Source of the DNA: an uncultured Flavobacteriales bacterium
Lineage (GTDB): Bacteria; Bacteroidota; Bacteroidia; Flavobacteriales_G; Salibacteraceae
Length of the DNA stretch: 64,000 bases
NCBI GenBank assembly: GCA_963925495.1
Contig: CAWUST010000006.1
Location: 78,247 to 142,246, forward strand
Direction of reading: 5' to 3'
Position numbers and translations under genes: made by a program. The notes beneath the pieces are model-generated. The model did not search any database, was not told the origin of the DNA, and saw only the letters and a list, made by a program, of their open reading frames with translations. Numbering within the stretch: position 1 is the first letter of the stretch; the number at the start of each line of letters is the position of its first letter. Below are positions 52,958 to 61,913 of this stretch, piece after piece.

Positions 52958-53051
52958 CTCTTATAATTATTAGTGTTGAATTTTTAATGTTGAATGAACA
53001 GCCTTATGAAAAGACTAGACATTAAAAACTCACAATTAAACATTCAAAATT
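52958..53051. repeat. Intergenic repeat: gene-less copy of the arms that flank the four-helix-bundle gene
   Basis: TAATTATTAGTGTTGAAT (52964-81) matches 54231-48 at 17/18. ACATTAAAAACT (53019-30) equals 54616-27. ATTCAAAATTT (53042-52) equals 54632-42. Confidence 0.6.
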
Positions 53052-54224
53052 TTAGATCATTTCATAAACTCCAGCGGCACCTTGACCTGTTCCTACACAC
53101 ATTGTCACTATGCCATATTTTTGTTTTCGCAACTTCATTTCATCAAACAATTGAACCGAAAGTTTTGCGCCTGTGCAACCCAAAGGGTGGCCAAGAGCAA
53201 TTGCTCCTCCGTTTACGTTAACGATTTCGGGATTAACACCCAACTCTCGAATAACGGCAACACTTTGTGAGGCAAAGGCTTCATTCAATTCAATTTGATC
53301 TATATCATTTAGATTAAGTCCGGCTAATTTTAATGCTTTTGGAACGGCTTGAACAGGACCCATTCCCATAATTTTTGGTTCCACTCCAACAGGAGCGTAT
53401 GACGCTAATCGAGCAATAGGTTTTAAGCCTAATTCGTTTACCATTTTTTCGCTCATCACAATAGCGAATGCCGCTCCATCACTAGTTTGAGATGAATTAC
53501 CCGCTGTTACAGAACCTGTAGCATTAAATACAGGGCGTAATTTTGCTAGTACTTCTGTTTTAGTATTTGGCCTTACGCCTTCATCTGTGTCAATTGTAAA
53601 AGTCCGTTTTTCACGCTTTCCATTTTTCAAATAGGTTTCTTCCACTTCAATTGGAATAATTCCATTTTTAAAGTTTCCATTTTGAATGGCTGTAGCAGCT
53701 TTACGGTGCGAATGAAACGCAAATTCATCTTGTTCTTCTCGACTAATTTTAAATCGATTGGCAACTTCTTCAGCAGTCAATCCCATTCCCCAATACCAAC
53801 TTGGGTTTTCTTTTCCTACCTTGTGATTAGGTACTACTCGCCAGCCTCCCATGGGAATCAAACTCATGCTTTCTGCTCCACCAGCTATAATACAATCCGC
53901 CATTCCAGCTCTTATTTTTGCTGTTGCAATTGCTATTGTTTCTAATCCAGAACTGCAATATCTGTTTACTGTTTGTCCTGGAATTTGGTCTGTGTCAAAA
54001 CTCATTAATGAGATTAATCTTCCCACATTTAGACCTTGCTCTGCTTCAGGCATTGCATTTCCAACAATTAGATCATCTATTCTTTTTGGATCCAATTCTG
54101 GAACTTCAGCCATAAGTCCTTTAATAACCTGAGCCGCTAAATCGTCTGGTCTTAAAAATCTGAAACCACCTCGATTCGCTTTTCCAATGGCACTTCTTTT
54201 TGCTGCTACTATATATGCTTCCAT
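53052..54224 (-). CDS. fadA: Acetyl-CoA C-acyltransferase (3-ketoacyl-CoA thiolase)
   Basis: 390 aa; NRYCSSGLE (nucleophile Cys), [22 protein letters not shown]. Confidence 0.93.
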   Translation of the reverse strand: MEAYIVAAKRSAIGKANRGGFRFLRPDDLAAQVIKGLMAEVPELDPKRIDDLIVGNAMPEAEQGLNVGRLISLMSFDTDQIPGQTVNRYCSSGLETIAIATAKIRAGMADCIIAGGAESMSLIPMGGWRVVPNHKVGKENPSWYWGMGLTAEEVANRFKISREEQDEFAFHSHRKAATAIQNGNFKNGIIPIEVEETYLKNGKREKRTFTIDTDEGVRPNTKTEVLAKLRPVFNATGSVTAGNSSQTSDGAAFAIVMSEKMVNELGLKPIARLASYAPVGVEPKIMGMGPVQAVPKALKLAGLNLNDIDQIELNEAFASQSVAVIRELGVNPEIVNVNGGAIALGHPLGCTGAKLSVQLFDEMKLRKQKYGIVTMCVGTGQGAAGVYEMI

Positions 54225-54267
54225 AAATTTTAATTCTTAGTGTTGAATGTTGAATTATTAATTCTCA

Positions 54268-54612
54268 TTAACCTTGAATTGATTTTACAATTGCGGTTAA
54301 AATTCGAATTAGCTCTTCAACATCAAGCAAGTATTCATTTAATTCAACTTCAACTAAATCACTTTCGTTTAAAAGTCTTAGCCAATATTTTGATTCTCGA
54401 GCCTCTCTTGATGAGATTGATATTTTGTATGCAAAATCTTTTTTCGATGTGGCTGCAGATGCTTCTTCTACGTTTGCCCCTATGCTGTTAGCAGACCGCA
54501 ATAGTTGTTTCGAAATTACAAATTCTTTTTGTGCAACAAGAATTTTGTACAGGCCTATAATCTTCAATGAAAATTGAAAACTTTTTTCGCTTATAACACT
54601 ATCCTTTTTCAT
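54268..54612 (-). CDS. Four-helix-bundle protein (23S rRNA intervening-sequence protein family)
   Basis: 114 aa. SFQFSLKIIGLYK...QLLRSANSIGANVEEA...SKKDFAYKISISSREARESKYWLRLL fits the family signature as I recall it. Confidence 0.8.
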   Translation of the reverse strand: MKKDSVISEKSFQFSLKIIGLYKILVAQKEFVISKQLLRSANSIGANVEEASAATSKKDFAYKISISSREARESKYWLRLLNESDLVEVELNEYLLDVEELIRILTAIVKSIQG

Positions 54613-54653
54613 TCAACATTAAAAACTTAAAATTCAAAATTTCTTGCGAAACC

Positions 54654-57059
54654 CTAGTTTCTCAAGACTTTCCCCGTCTTAATAATACTCTGCAACCTTT
54701 CCAATGTTTTTCTTTCCCCACACAGTTCAAGAAATGCTCTTCGTTCCATGTCTAATAAATATTGTTCACTTACTTGTGTTTCTTCAGATAAATCACCACC
54801 ACAAAGAACCCAGCCTAACTTTTCAGAGATTAACTGATCGTGTTCAGACATGTAGTTGCCCGACATCATGGCATTAGCGCCGACATAAACAATTCCTAAT
54901 CCTTCTTGACCTAACACAGTAATGTCTGTTCTTGGTTGAGGTTGAGTATATCCGTTTCGGCTTAACTGTAAAGCAGATTCTTTTGCTCTTTTTAATTGTA
55001 GTTTTTTACTTACAACAACTTCATCTACTCCTTCTCTTAAATAGCCTAAATCAAATGCTTCATAAGCAGAAGTTGCAACCTTGGCCTGACCAATAGTTAA
55101 GAATTTTTCTCTCAACGTATTTATTTTAATATCACCTTCATGGAAAGCATCACTGCATCTTAATGCAAATTCTTTACTTCCTCCACCGCCAGGAATTACA
55201 CCAACTCCAAATTCAACAAGACCCATGTACAATTCTGCATGAGCCACAACTTTATCGGCGTGCATACTCATTTCACAGCCACCGCCAAGGGCTAAGTTGT
55301 GTGGAGCTACGACAACGGGTATGTTAGAGTAACGGATTCTCATCATTGTGTTTTGAAATGCTCGAATAGCAAAGTCCAGTTCGTCGTATTCTTGTTCTAC
55401 CGCCATCATGAATATCATGCCAACGTTGGCGCCTGCTGAAAAATTATCACCATTATTTGAGATTACCAATCCGTCGTATTCGGCTTCAGCTAAATCAATT
55501 GCTTTATTTATTCCAGCTAAAACTTCGCCACCAATGGTGTTCATTTTGGTGTGAAACTCTAGATTCAGAATTCCATCACCTAAATTTGTAATTGTAGTTC
55601 CTGAATTTTTCCAAATGGTATTGGATTCACGAATTATATCAAGATCTAAAATCTGATCGGCACCTGGAATTAGTACCTGTGATTTACTTGGAATATCGTA
55701 ATAGGTTTTCGACCCAGCATTGCTTGAGTAAAAACTATTTGATCCTGAAGCTAACATTTTATCTACCCATGGAGCAGGGGAGTAGCCCTCTGCTTTCATT
55801 TGATTTAAAGTTGCTTCTACACCAAGAACATCCCAAGTGGCAAATGGGCCTAGTTTGTACCCAAATCCAGCGCAAACGGCACAATCGATTTTGTATAATT
55901 CGTCAGATATTTCGGGAATACGATTGGACGCATATTCCAACATTGAAAAGAACATTTTCCGGTAAAATTCACCGGCTTTATCTTTTCCTTTAATTAACAT
56001 GGGAAGACGTTTTAACAAATCGTCAACTGGCTTAGTCATTTCAAGTGTAGCAAATTTTACCTTTTGTTTTGGTTCGTATTCTAACGTGTTGAGGTTTAGT
56101 GAAAGGATTTCAGATTTCCCACCTTCGCCTTTTACTTTTTTGTAGAACCCTTGATTGGATTTACTTCCTAGCGAGCCGTTTTCGACCATTTTAGAAACAT
56201 AATCAGGGATAACAAAAGTTTCTTTTTTTTCGTCGTTTGGTGCGGCACCTTTTAAACCATTGGCAACATGCACTAGGGTATCTAAACCAACAACATCACA
56301 AGTTCTAAATGTCGCCGATTTTGGTCTGCCAATAATAGGTCCTGTAAGTTTATCTACTTCATCAACGGTAAGGCCCATTTCTTCCACGATATGGAACAAG
56401 GCCATAATGGAGTATACGCCAACTCGATTTGCTATAAAAGCAGGAGTGTCTTTACATAAAACAGTTTCTTTTCCTAAAAATCGTTGACCGTAATCCATAA
56501 AGAATTCAGTTACTTCAGGATCTGTATGTTTGGTAGGAATAATTTCTAAAAGTGGTAAGTAACGGGGAGGATTGAAAAAGTGCGTACCACAGAAATGCTT
56601 TTTAAAATCTTCCGATCGACCATCGGTCATTAATCCAATTGGAATTCCAGAAGTATTTGAAGTAATCAAAGTGCCAGGAGTTCGAACTTTTTCAACTTTT
56701 TCGAAAAGAGATTTTTTAATATCCAAGTTCTCGATAATTACTTCGATAATCCAATCACAATCTTTGATTTTGTCCAGATCGTCGGTGAAATTTCCCGTCG
56801 AAATCTTCTTTGCAAATGTTTTTTTATAAATAGGAGAAGGGTTGCTTGTTAATGCAAACGTCAAAGACTCATCTACAATCCGATTTCGGACTGCATTGTC
56901 TTCAATGGACAAGTTTTTCGCTTTTTCTTTATCGTTTGCTTCTTTAGGAACTATGTCCATAAGAATGACTTCGAGACCAACGTTTGCAAAATGGCAAGCA
57001 ATACGTGAACCCATAACACCAGAGCCTAAAACGGCTACTTTTTTAATTCTTCGCTTCAT
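54654..57059 (-). CDS. fadN: Bifunctional 3-hydroxyacyl-CoA dehydrogenase / enoyl-CoA hydratase (FadN-type domain order)
   Basis: N-terminal Rossmann VAVLGSGVMGSRIA (3HCDH) and C-terminal crotonase fold (GDNFSAGANVGM...). Start at ATG 57059 (MKRRIKKVAVLG) is preferred; the track start at 57095 is an alternative. Confidence 0.88.
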   Translation of the reverse strand: MKRRIKKVAVLGSGVMGSRIACHFANVGLEVILMDIVPKEANDKEKAKNLSIEDNAVRNRIVDESLTFALTSNPSPIYKKTFAKKISTGNFTDDLDKIKDCDWIIEVIIENLDIKKSLFEKVEKVRTPGTLITSNTSGIPIGLMTDGRSEDFKKHFCGTHFFNPPRYLPLLEIIPTKHTDPEVTEFFMDYGQRFLGKETVLCKDTPAFIANRVGVYSIMALFHIVEEMGLTVDEVDKLTGPIIGRPKSATFRTCDVVGLDTLVHVANGLKGAAPNDEKKETFVIPDYVSKMVENGSLGSKSNQGFYKKVKGEGGKSEILSLNLNTLEYEPKQKVKFATLEMTKPVDDLLKRLPMLIKGKDKAGEFYRKMFFSMLEYASNRIPEISDELYKIDCAVCAGFGYKLGPFATWDVLGVEATLNQMKAEGYSPAPWVDKMLASGSNSFYSSNAGSKTYYDIPSKSQVLIPGADQILDLDIIRESNTIWKNSGTTITNLGDGILNLEFHTKMNTIGGEVLAGINKAIDLAEAEYDGLVISNNGDNFSAGANVGMIFMMAVEQEYDELDFAIRAFQNTMMRIRYSNIPVVVAPHNLALGGGCEMSMHADKVVAHAELYMGLVEFGVGVIPGGGGSKEFALRCSDAFHEGDIKINTLREKFLTIGQAKVATSAYEAFDLGYLREGVDEVVVSKKLQLKRAKESALQLSRNGYTQPQPRTDITVLGQEGLGIVYVGANAMMSGNYMSEHDQLISEKLGWVLCGGDLSEETQVSEQYLLDMERRAFLELCGERKTLERLQSIIKTGKVLRN

Positions 57060-57498
57060 ACTTCTTAAATATGTTTTCTTGACTAAGTGCGTCATTTATT
57101 GTTTCCATTACCACGAAAAAATCATTTTTTTGAGTGGTTGATATGTTTTTATCTAAAAATTCATTGAAATGAACAACAGCATCCTTAGATACTTCTCTTT
57201 TTGCTTTCCCAATCTCAGTAAGACAAATACGTACTTTTCTTTTGTCAGTTTCATCATTTTTTTTCGTTATGTAACCTTTTTCTTCCATAGTCTTAAGGGT
57301 TCTGGTTAAACTACCAGGTTCCATTCCTATTTTAGGGCCGAGTTGGGTGCTAGGTGTGCCATATTCTGTGTCAATGTTAAGTAGAACATACCCCATGGTC
57401 ATGGTAAGTTCATGTTTTGAAGCGATTAGATTGTATTGTCGTTGTACGCCATGCCAAGCCCATCGAAGTGGGAAATCAAAAGTTTCTTCCGGCTTCAT
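57043..57498 (-). CDS. MarR-family transcriptional regulator (probable fad operon regulator)
   Basis: 151 aa with a winged-HTH pattern (GSLTRTLKTMEEKGYITKKNDETDKRKVRICLTEIG). 17-nt overlap with the fadN-like gene. Confidence 0.85.
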   Translation of the reverse strand: MKPEETFDFPLRWAWHGVQRQYNLIASKHELTMTMGYVLLNIDTEYGTPSTQLGPKIGMEPGSLTRTLKTMEEKGYITKKNDETDKRKVRICLTEIGKAKREVSKDAVVHFNEFLDKNISTTQKNDFFVVMETINDALSQENIFKKYEAKN

Positions 57499-57536
57499 TA
57501 GTTATAGTTTTCGGAGTTGTAAATTTTTCACGACCC

Positions 57537-57544
57537 CAAATCTA
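57537..57544 (-). promoter_or_regulatory. Candidate -7 box (TAGATTTG on the minus strand) for marR-fad
   Basis: Exact TAnnTTTG match 39 nt upstream of the marR ATG. Confidence 0.3.
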
Positions 57545-57571
57545 CAAAAAATTACTATGCGCGCATAGTAA
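57545..57571 (-). terminator. Perfect 20-bp palindrome plus T-run: terminator of ubiE/PorT-like transcription and/or MarR operator
   Basis: TTACTATGCGCGCATAGTAA (57552-57571), followed on the minus strand by TTTTTTG. It lies 20 nt after the PorT-like stop. Confidence 0.6.
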
Positions 57572-57591
57572 ATATGAAAAATGAATAATTT

Positions 57592-58332
57592 TTAACCTTC
57601 AAAGGTAAATGAAACAAGGAAAATCCTTGATCTTAAGTAGCTTATAGGTGCTGCGAACATAGTTCCATCTTGGACTAAGTTATTGTTTAAGCCCATAGAT
57701 AATTTGAATTCGGGGCTAAATTTAAAGTATTGTAGATAAAAGTCCAATCCTATTCCAACCTGATAGCTGTAAGTATTTCTATTTACAGCTACGATTAAAT
57801 CATCAGGATTTGCTGAATCATTTTTGACTTTATCTTGGGCAGTTAAATCATAACTATACATAAAACCAATAAGCGTATAAGCAGAGAAATTGCCGGCCCG
57901 AGCACTTTTCATTTTTAGATTTAAAGGGAAGTCGATGTAAGTAGATTCAATTGGTTTGGAAAATTCCGATGATTTTCTATTTCCAGCTGTTTTAAATGTG
58001 TAATCCAAATTTCGTTGACTAAACGACAAAGTTGGGATAAAACGAAGGTCGAAATGAATTCCTAAATGCAGGTCAGCTATTATTCCAAGGTTAAACCCCA
58101 AAGTAGGGTTTGACTCTATAATTAATAAACTATCATTTGTGCCTAGATTGGCGTCCAGTAAATAATCTGAAGAATTAATGCCTAATGAAAATCCAAAGTG
58201 AAATAATTTATCTTCAAATTGATCCAAATTTTGAATTGTTTTTTTCTTGTATGAACTTCTTTGAGAAAAAATGGGATTTAAAAATACACCTACAAAAACA
58301 AAAACAAGTGATATATATACTAAGTGTTTCAA
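57592..58332 (-). CDS. Outer-membrane beta-barrel protein, PorT/SprT-like (TTG start)
   Basis: Signal peptide MKHLVYISLVFVFVGVFLNPIFSQ. Alternating-hydrophobic beta strands. C-terminal aromatic residue (FTFEG). The HFGFSLGINSSDY motif and adjacency to ubiE recall the PorT family, but I cannot verify this without a search. Confidence 0.5.
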   Translation of the reverse strand: MKHLVYISLVFVFVGVFLNPIFSQRSSYKKKTIQNLDQFEDKLFHFGFSLGINSSDYLLDANLGTNDSLLIIESNPTLGFNLGIIADLHLGIHFDLRFIPTLSFSQRNLDYTFKTAGNRKSSEFSKPIESTYIDFPLNLKMKSARAGNFSAYTLIGFMYSYDLTAQDKVKNDSANPDDLIVAVNRNTYSYQVGIGLDFYLQYFKFSPEFKLSMGLNNNLVQDGTMFAAPISYLRSRIFLVSFTFEG

Positions 58333-58337
58333 GTTAA

Positions 58338-59063
58338 TTATTTACTCGCTAAATATATAGAAGCAATACCAAGTGTCAACGGTATAGCTTCAACTTTATT
58401 GTATCCAACCTTAGTTAAAACTTTTAGGAATTCATTGCCATGCGGGAATGCACCAACAGATTCAGGGAGATAGGTGTATGCCCGAGCATCTTTACTCACA
58501 ATTCGGCCAATTCCCGGTAAAATGTTGTTGAAATAAAAATTGTAGATCTGCTTAATCGGGAATTTTTGCGGCTGTGAAAACTCGATAATAGCAACATGTC
58601 CTCCGGGTTTAATTACTCGTAACATTTCCGATAACCCTTGCTCTAAATTTTCATAATTTCGAACACCAAAAGCAACTGTGAGAGCATCAAAAGTGTTGGT
58701 CTCAAATTCTAAATTTTCGGAATCACCGTATTTTAATTCAATTTTATTTTGTAACTTTCTCTTTTTTACTTTCTCTAAGCCTACTGCAACCATGTCTCTG
58801 CTAATGTCGACTCCAATAATTTTATCGGGGTTGAGCGAAAGAGATTCTAAAGCAAAATCGCCAGTACCAGTTGCAACATCCAAAATTAGTTTTGGGGCAA
58901 AAGGTTTTAATAATCGAACCGCCTTTTTTCTCCATAAAATATCAATACCCATGGATAAAAAATGGTTCAAGAAATCATAGTTGTTTGCTATGTTGTCGAA
59001 CATTTCAGCGACCTGTTCCTTTTTGGCGCTATCGTTTTGGTATGGAGTAACTGTTTTACTCAT
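58338..59063 (-). CDS. ubiE: Demethylmenaquinone/ubiquinone C-methyltransferase
   Basis: FDNIANNYDFLNHFLSMGID..W, SAM motif LDVATGTGD, FGVRN. Confidence 0.93.
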   Translation of the reverse strand: MSKTVTPYQNDSAKKEQVAEMFDNIANNYDFLNHFLSMGIDILWRKKAVRLLKPFAPKLILDVATGTGDFALESLSLNPDKIIGVDISRDMVAVGLEKVKKRKLQNKIELKYGDSENLEFETNTFDALTVAFGVRNYENLEQGLSEMLRVIKPGGHVAIIEFSQPQKFPIKQIYNFYFNNILPGIGRIVSKDARAYTYLPESVGAFPHGNEFLKVLTKVGYNKVEAIPLTLGIASIYLASK

Positions 59064-59064
59064 A

Positions 59065-60063
59065 TTAGTTTTCGGAAAGTGTTAAACATTCATTCATAAG
59101 AGTTTGTTTATCAATGGGGACTACCCCTAATTTTTCGCAAACTAAACCTCCTGCAAGATTAGCGAATTTTGCCATCCAATGATTAGGAATTTTTTTGGCT
59201 AAACATAAACTTGCAACTGAAATAACGGTGTCTCCCGCACCAGATACATCCGCTATTTTTCGAATATGAGCAGGTAAGATTTCAGCTCCGTTTTCATCCC
59301 CAACAAAAACACCTAGTTCAGAAAGGGTAATCAAGGAAATTTTATGTCTAAGGATGTTGGATAATTTCAAATTAGCCTCATTAAGATCATTGAAAGATTT
59401 TGTTTTTAAAACAAGATTTAAACCTTCGGATAATTCTTTTAAGTTAGGCTTGAATAAATCGACATTGTGGTAGTTTAAAAAATTATTTTTTTTTGGGTCC
59501 ACTGCCACTGGTATATTATTGTGCCGTGCAATGGCTACAACAGTTTTTATTAAATCAGAATCAATTAACCCTTTGTCATAATCTTCAAATAACAGAACAT
59601 CAATTTTTCGAGATTCGATAATTTTTTTGATTTTGTTTTCGAACTGTATTTTGTCTTCATTGGATAAACTTTTTACTTCTTCTTCATCAACGCGCAACAT
59701 TTGTTGACTGCCAGATATGATTCTGGTTTTTACGGTTGTTATTCTCTCACTCGATTTTAATATTCCTTCGATTGGTAGATTTTCTTCTTTCAAAATATTC
59801 AGAAAATCTGAACCGGAAAAATCGTTTCCTATTACAGAACAAAGAATAGGGGTTGCGCCAAGGGCTTTTAAATTTTGAGCCACATTTGCAGCCCCACCAA
59901 GTCTTTTTTCGCTATTAGTTACATGTACTACAGGAACAGGCGCCTCTGGGCTAATTCTATTCGCGTTTCCGCTATAATAAGCATCGATCATTACATCACC
60001 GACAACCAAAACAGTCATTTGATTAAAGGATTCGAAAAGAGAAGTAATTTCTTTTTTTGTCAT
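59065..60063 (-). CDS. PfkB-family sugar kinase (RfaE domain-I-like D-glycero-beta-D-manno-heptose-7-phosphate kinase)
   Basis: VLVVGDVMIDAYY.G...RISPEAPVPV, GGAANVAQN, C-terminal DVSGAGDT. Confidence 0.8.
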   Translation of the reverse strand: MTKKEITSLFESFNQMTVLVVGDVMIDAYYSGNANRISPEAPVPVVHVTNSEKRLGGAANVAQNLKALGATPILCSVIGNDFSGSDFLNILKEENLPIEGILKSSERITTVKTRIISGSQQMLRVDEEEVKSLSNEDKIQFENKIKKIIESRKIDVLLFEDYDKGLIDSDLIKTVVAIARHNNIPVAVDPKKNNFLNYHNVDLFKPNLKELSEGLNLVLKTKSFNDLNEANLKLSNILRHKISLITLSELGVFVGDENGAEILPAHIRKIADVSGAGDTVISVASLCLAKKIPNHWMAKFANLAGGLVCEKLGVVPIDKQTLMNECLTLSEN

Positions 60064-60067
60064 GAAT

Positions 60068-61264
60068 TTAAGAAAGTAAGGCGAGAGATTCTTTAATTCT
60101 TTTTGCAGCTTTAACTAAGTCCTTATCGCTAGCCGCATATGAAATTCTAACACATTCAGGGTTTCCAAAAGCTTCGCCAGTAACAAGTGCAACATTTCCA
60201 ACTTCTAATAAAAACATACATAAATCGCCGGCATTATTCATGGTTTTTCCATCGTAAGATTTGCCTAAATAGAAACTTACATCTGGGAATAAATAAAAAG
60301 CACCCGGTGGGGTTGTACATTTAATTCCTTCTATTTTATTCAGTAAGCCAAGAACTAAATCTCGTCGTTTTTTAAATGTATGCTTCATGTGTTCTACCAC
60401 TTTAGGATCTGCTTCAACTGCTGCTTGAGCTGCTTTTTGAGAAATCCCAGTTGGAGCACTAGTAAACTGACCTTGCATTTTAGTACAAGCTTTTGCAATC
60501 CATTCTGGAGCCCCAATGTAACCGATTCTCCATCCGGTCATAGAAAATCCTTTCGAAACACCATTTACCGTTATTACTTGATCGTATACTTCGCTGAAAG
60601 AAGCTAAAGAAGCATGTTTTGAATCGAAATTTATTAATTCGTAAATTTCATCTGAAATAATAAAAAAATTAGGGTAATTCTTAATAACATCTTTTAGACC
60701 TTCTAATTCTTTTAAAGAATAAACCGCACCACTTGGGTTACAAGGAGAGCTGAAAATCATTAATTTAGAGTTGTCAGTTATGGCATTTTCTAACTGATCA
60801 GGAGTTATTTTAAATTCAGTATCAATACTAGAGGAAACAAATACAGGTTTACCGCCAGCTAGTTTGATTAGCTCAATATAACTTACCCAATAGGGTGTTG
60901 GAACAATAACTTCATCGCCCTCATTTACTAAGCTTAAAATAACATTTGCAAGGGATTGTTTTGCTCCAGTAGAAACTACAATTTGGGAAGGGGAATAAGA
61001 TAAATTGTTATCCCTTTTAAATTTGTTTGAAATTGCTTGTCGCAATTCTAAATAGCCAGGAACTGGTGGATAGTGAGTAAAATTATTTTTTATAGCTTCA
61101 ATTCCTGCTTCTTTAATGAATTCGGGAGTGTTGAAATCGGGTTCCCCTAAACTAAGGCTTATTACATCAATTCCTTTGTCCTTCATTTCTCTGCTTTTTG
61201 CTGACATAGCAATCGTTTGAGATTCAGAGAGAGAATTAATTCGATTTGAGAGATGTTTTTCCAT
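60068..61264 (-). CDS. Class I PLP-dependent (aspartate-type) aminotransferase
   Basis: 398 aa; LSLGEPDF, PCNPSGAVY, PLP-Lys context VNGVSKGFSMTGWR. Confidence 0.9.
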   Translation of the reverse strand: MEKHLSNRINSLSESQTIAMSAKSREMKDKGIDVISLSLGEPDFNTPEFIKEAGIEAIKNNFTHYPPVPGYLELRQAISNKFKRDNNLSYSPSQIVVSTGAKQSLANVILSLVNEGDEVIVPTPYWVSYIELIKLAGGKPVFVSSSIDTEFKITPDQLENAITDNSKLMIFSSPCNPSGAVYSLKELEGLKDVIKNYPNFFIISDEIYELINFDSKHASLASFSEVYDQVITVNGVSKGFSMTGWRIGYIGAPEWIAKACTKMQGQFTSAPTGISQKAAQAAVEADPKVVEHMKHTFKKRRDLVLGLLNKIEGIKCTTPPGAFYLFPDVSFYLGKSYDGKTMNNAGDLCMFLLEVGNVALVTGEAFGNPECVRISYAASDKDLVKAAKRIKESLALLS

Positions 61265-61383
61265 AATCTGTGCAAAGCTACTAATTTGAATAAAATGAAT
61301 ATTGCAATAATTAAAGTTTCCTTTCGTTTGTATGCTATTTTATTATTGATTTGCGTAGATTTTAACGCACAAAACAAATTAGA

Positions 61384-61908
61384 ATGGAAGATATTTGGGA
61401 TATTTTGAAAATCTCGTTACCTGCAATAGGTGTTATGGTAACTGCTTATTTTGTAATAAAACAGTTGCTTGAAGCTCAATTCAAACGCAATGAACTGGAG
61501 CTTAGAAGGGATATTTCTAAATCATTAACCCCAAATAAAATAAATGCCTATGAAAGAATTGTTTTGTTCTTAGAAAGGATTCACCCGGCGGAAATGGTAT
61601 TACGTGTTCACCAAAAAGGAATGACATCACAAAAATTTCAGGCCGAATTGGTAAAAACAATTAGAGAAGAGTTTCAGCATAATTTAACCCAACAGTTGTA
61701 CGTTTCAAATACAGCTTGGGGTTATATTCGAAATGCAAAAGAAGAGACAATTAAACTTGTAAATGTTGCAAGTTCAAAAGTTCCACCCGATTCTACGGCA
61801 ATAGATTTAAGTAATATGATTTTTCAAATAATGAGTAAAATTGATCATCATCCTGTAGATATTGCAAAGAATTATTTGAAGCAAGAATTAAAGAAAACAC
61901 TGAAGTGA
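61384..61908 (+). CDS. Hypothetical membrane-anchored protein
   Basis: 174 aa with one N-terminal TM helix (ISLPAIGVMVTAYFVI). No family recognised. Confidence 0.5.
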   Translation: MEDIWDILKISLPAIGVMVTAYFVIKQLLEAQFKRNELELRRDISKSLTPNKINAYERIVLFLERIHPAEMVLRVHQKGMTSQKFQAELVKTIREEFQHNLTQQLYVSNTAWGYIRNAKEETIKLVNVASSKVPPDSTAIDLSNMIFQIMSKIDHHPVDIAKNYLKQELKKTLK

Positions 61909-61913
61909 AAGTA

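Noticed and set aside
53082-57141. Plus-strand ORFs antisense to the fad genes and to the four-helix-bundle gene (e.g. 53682-54132, 54240-54491, 55679-55993, 56260-57141)
   Set aside because: They are shadow ORFs of strongly supported minus-strand enzymes.
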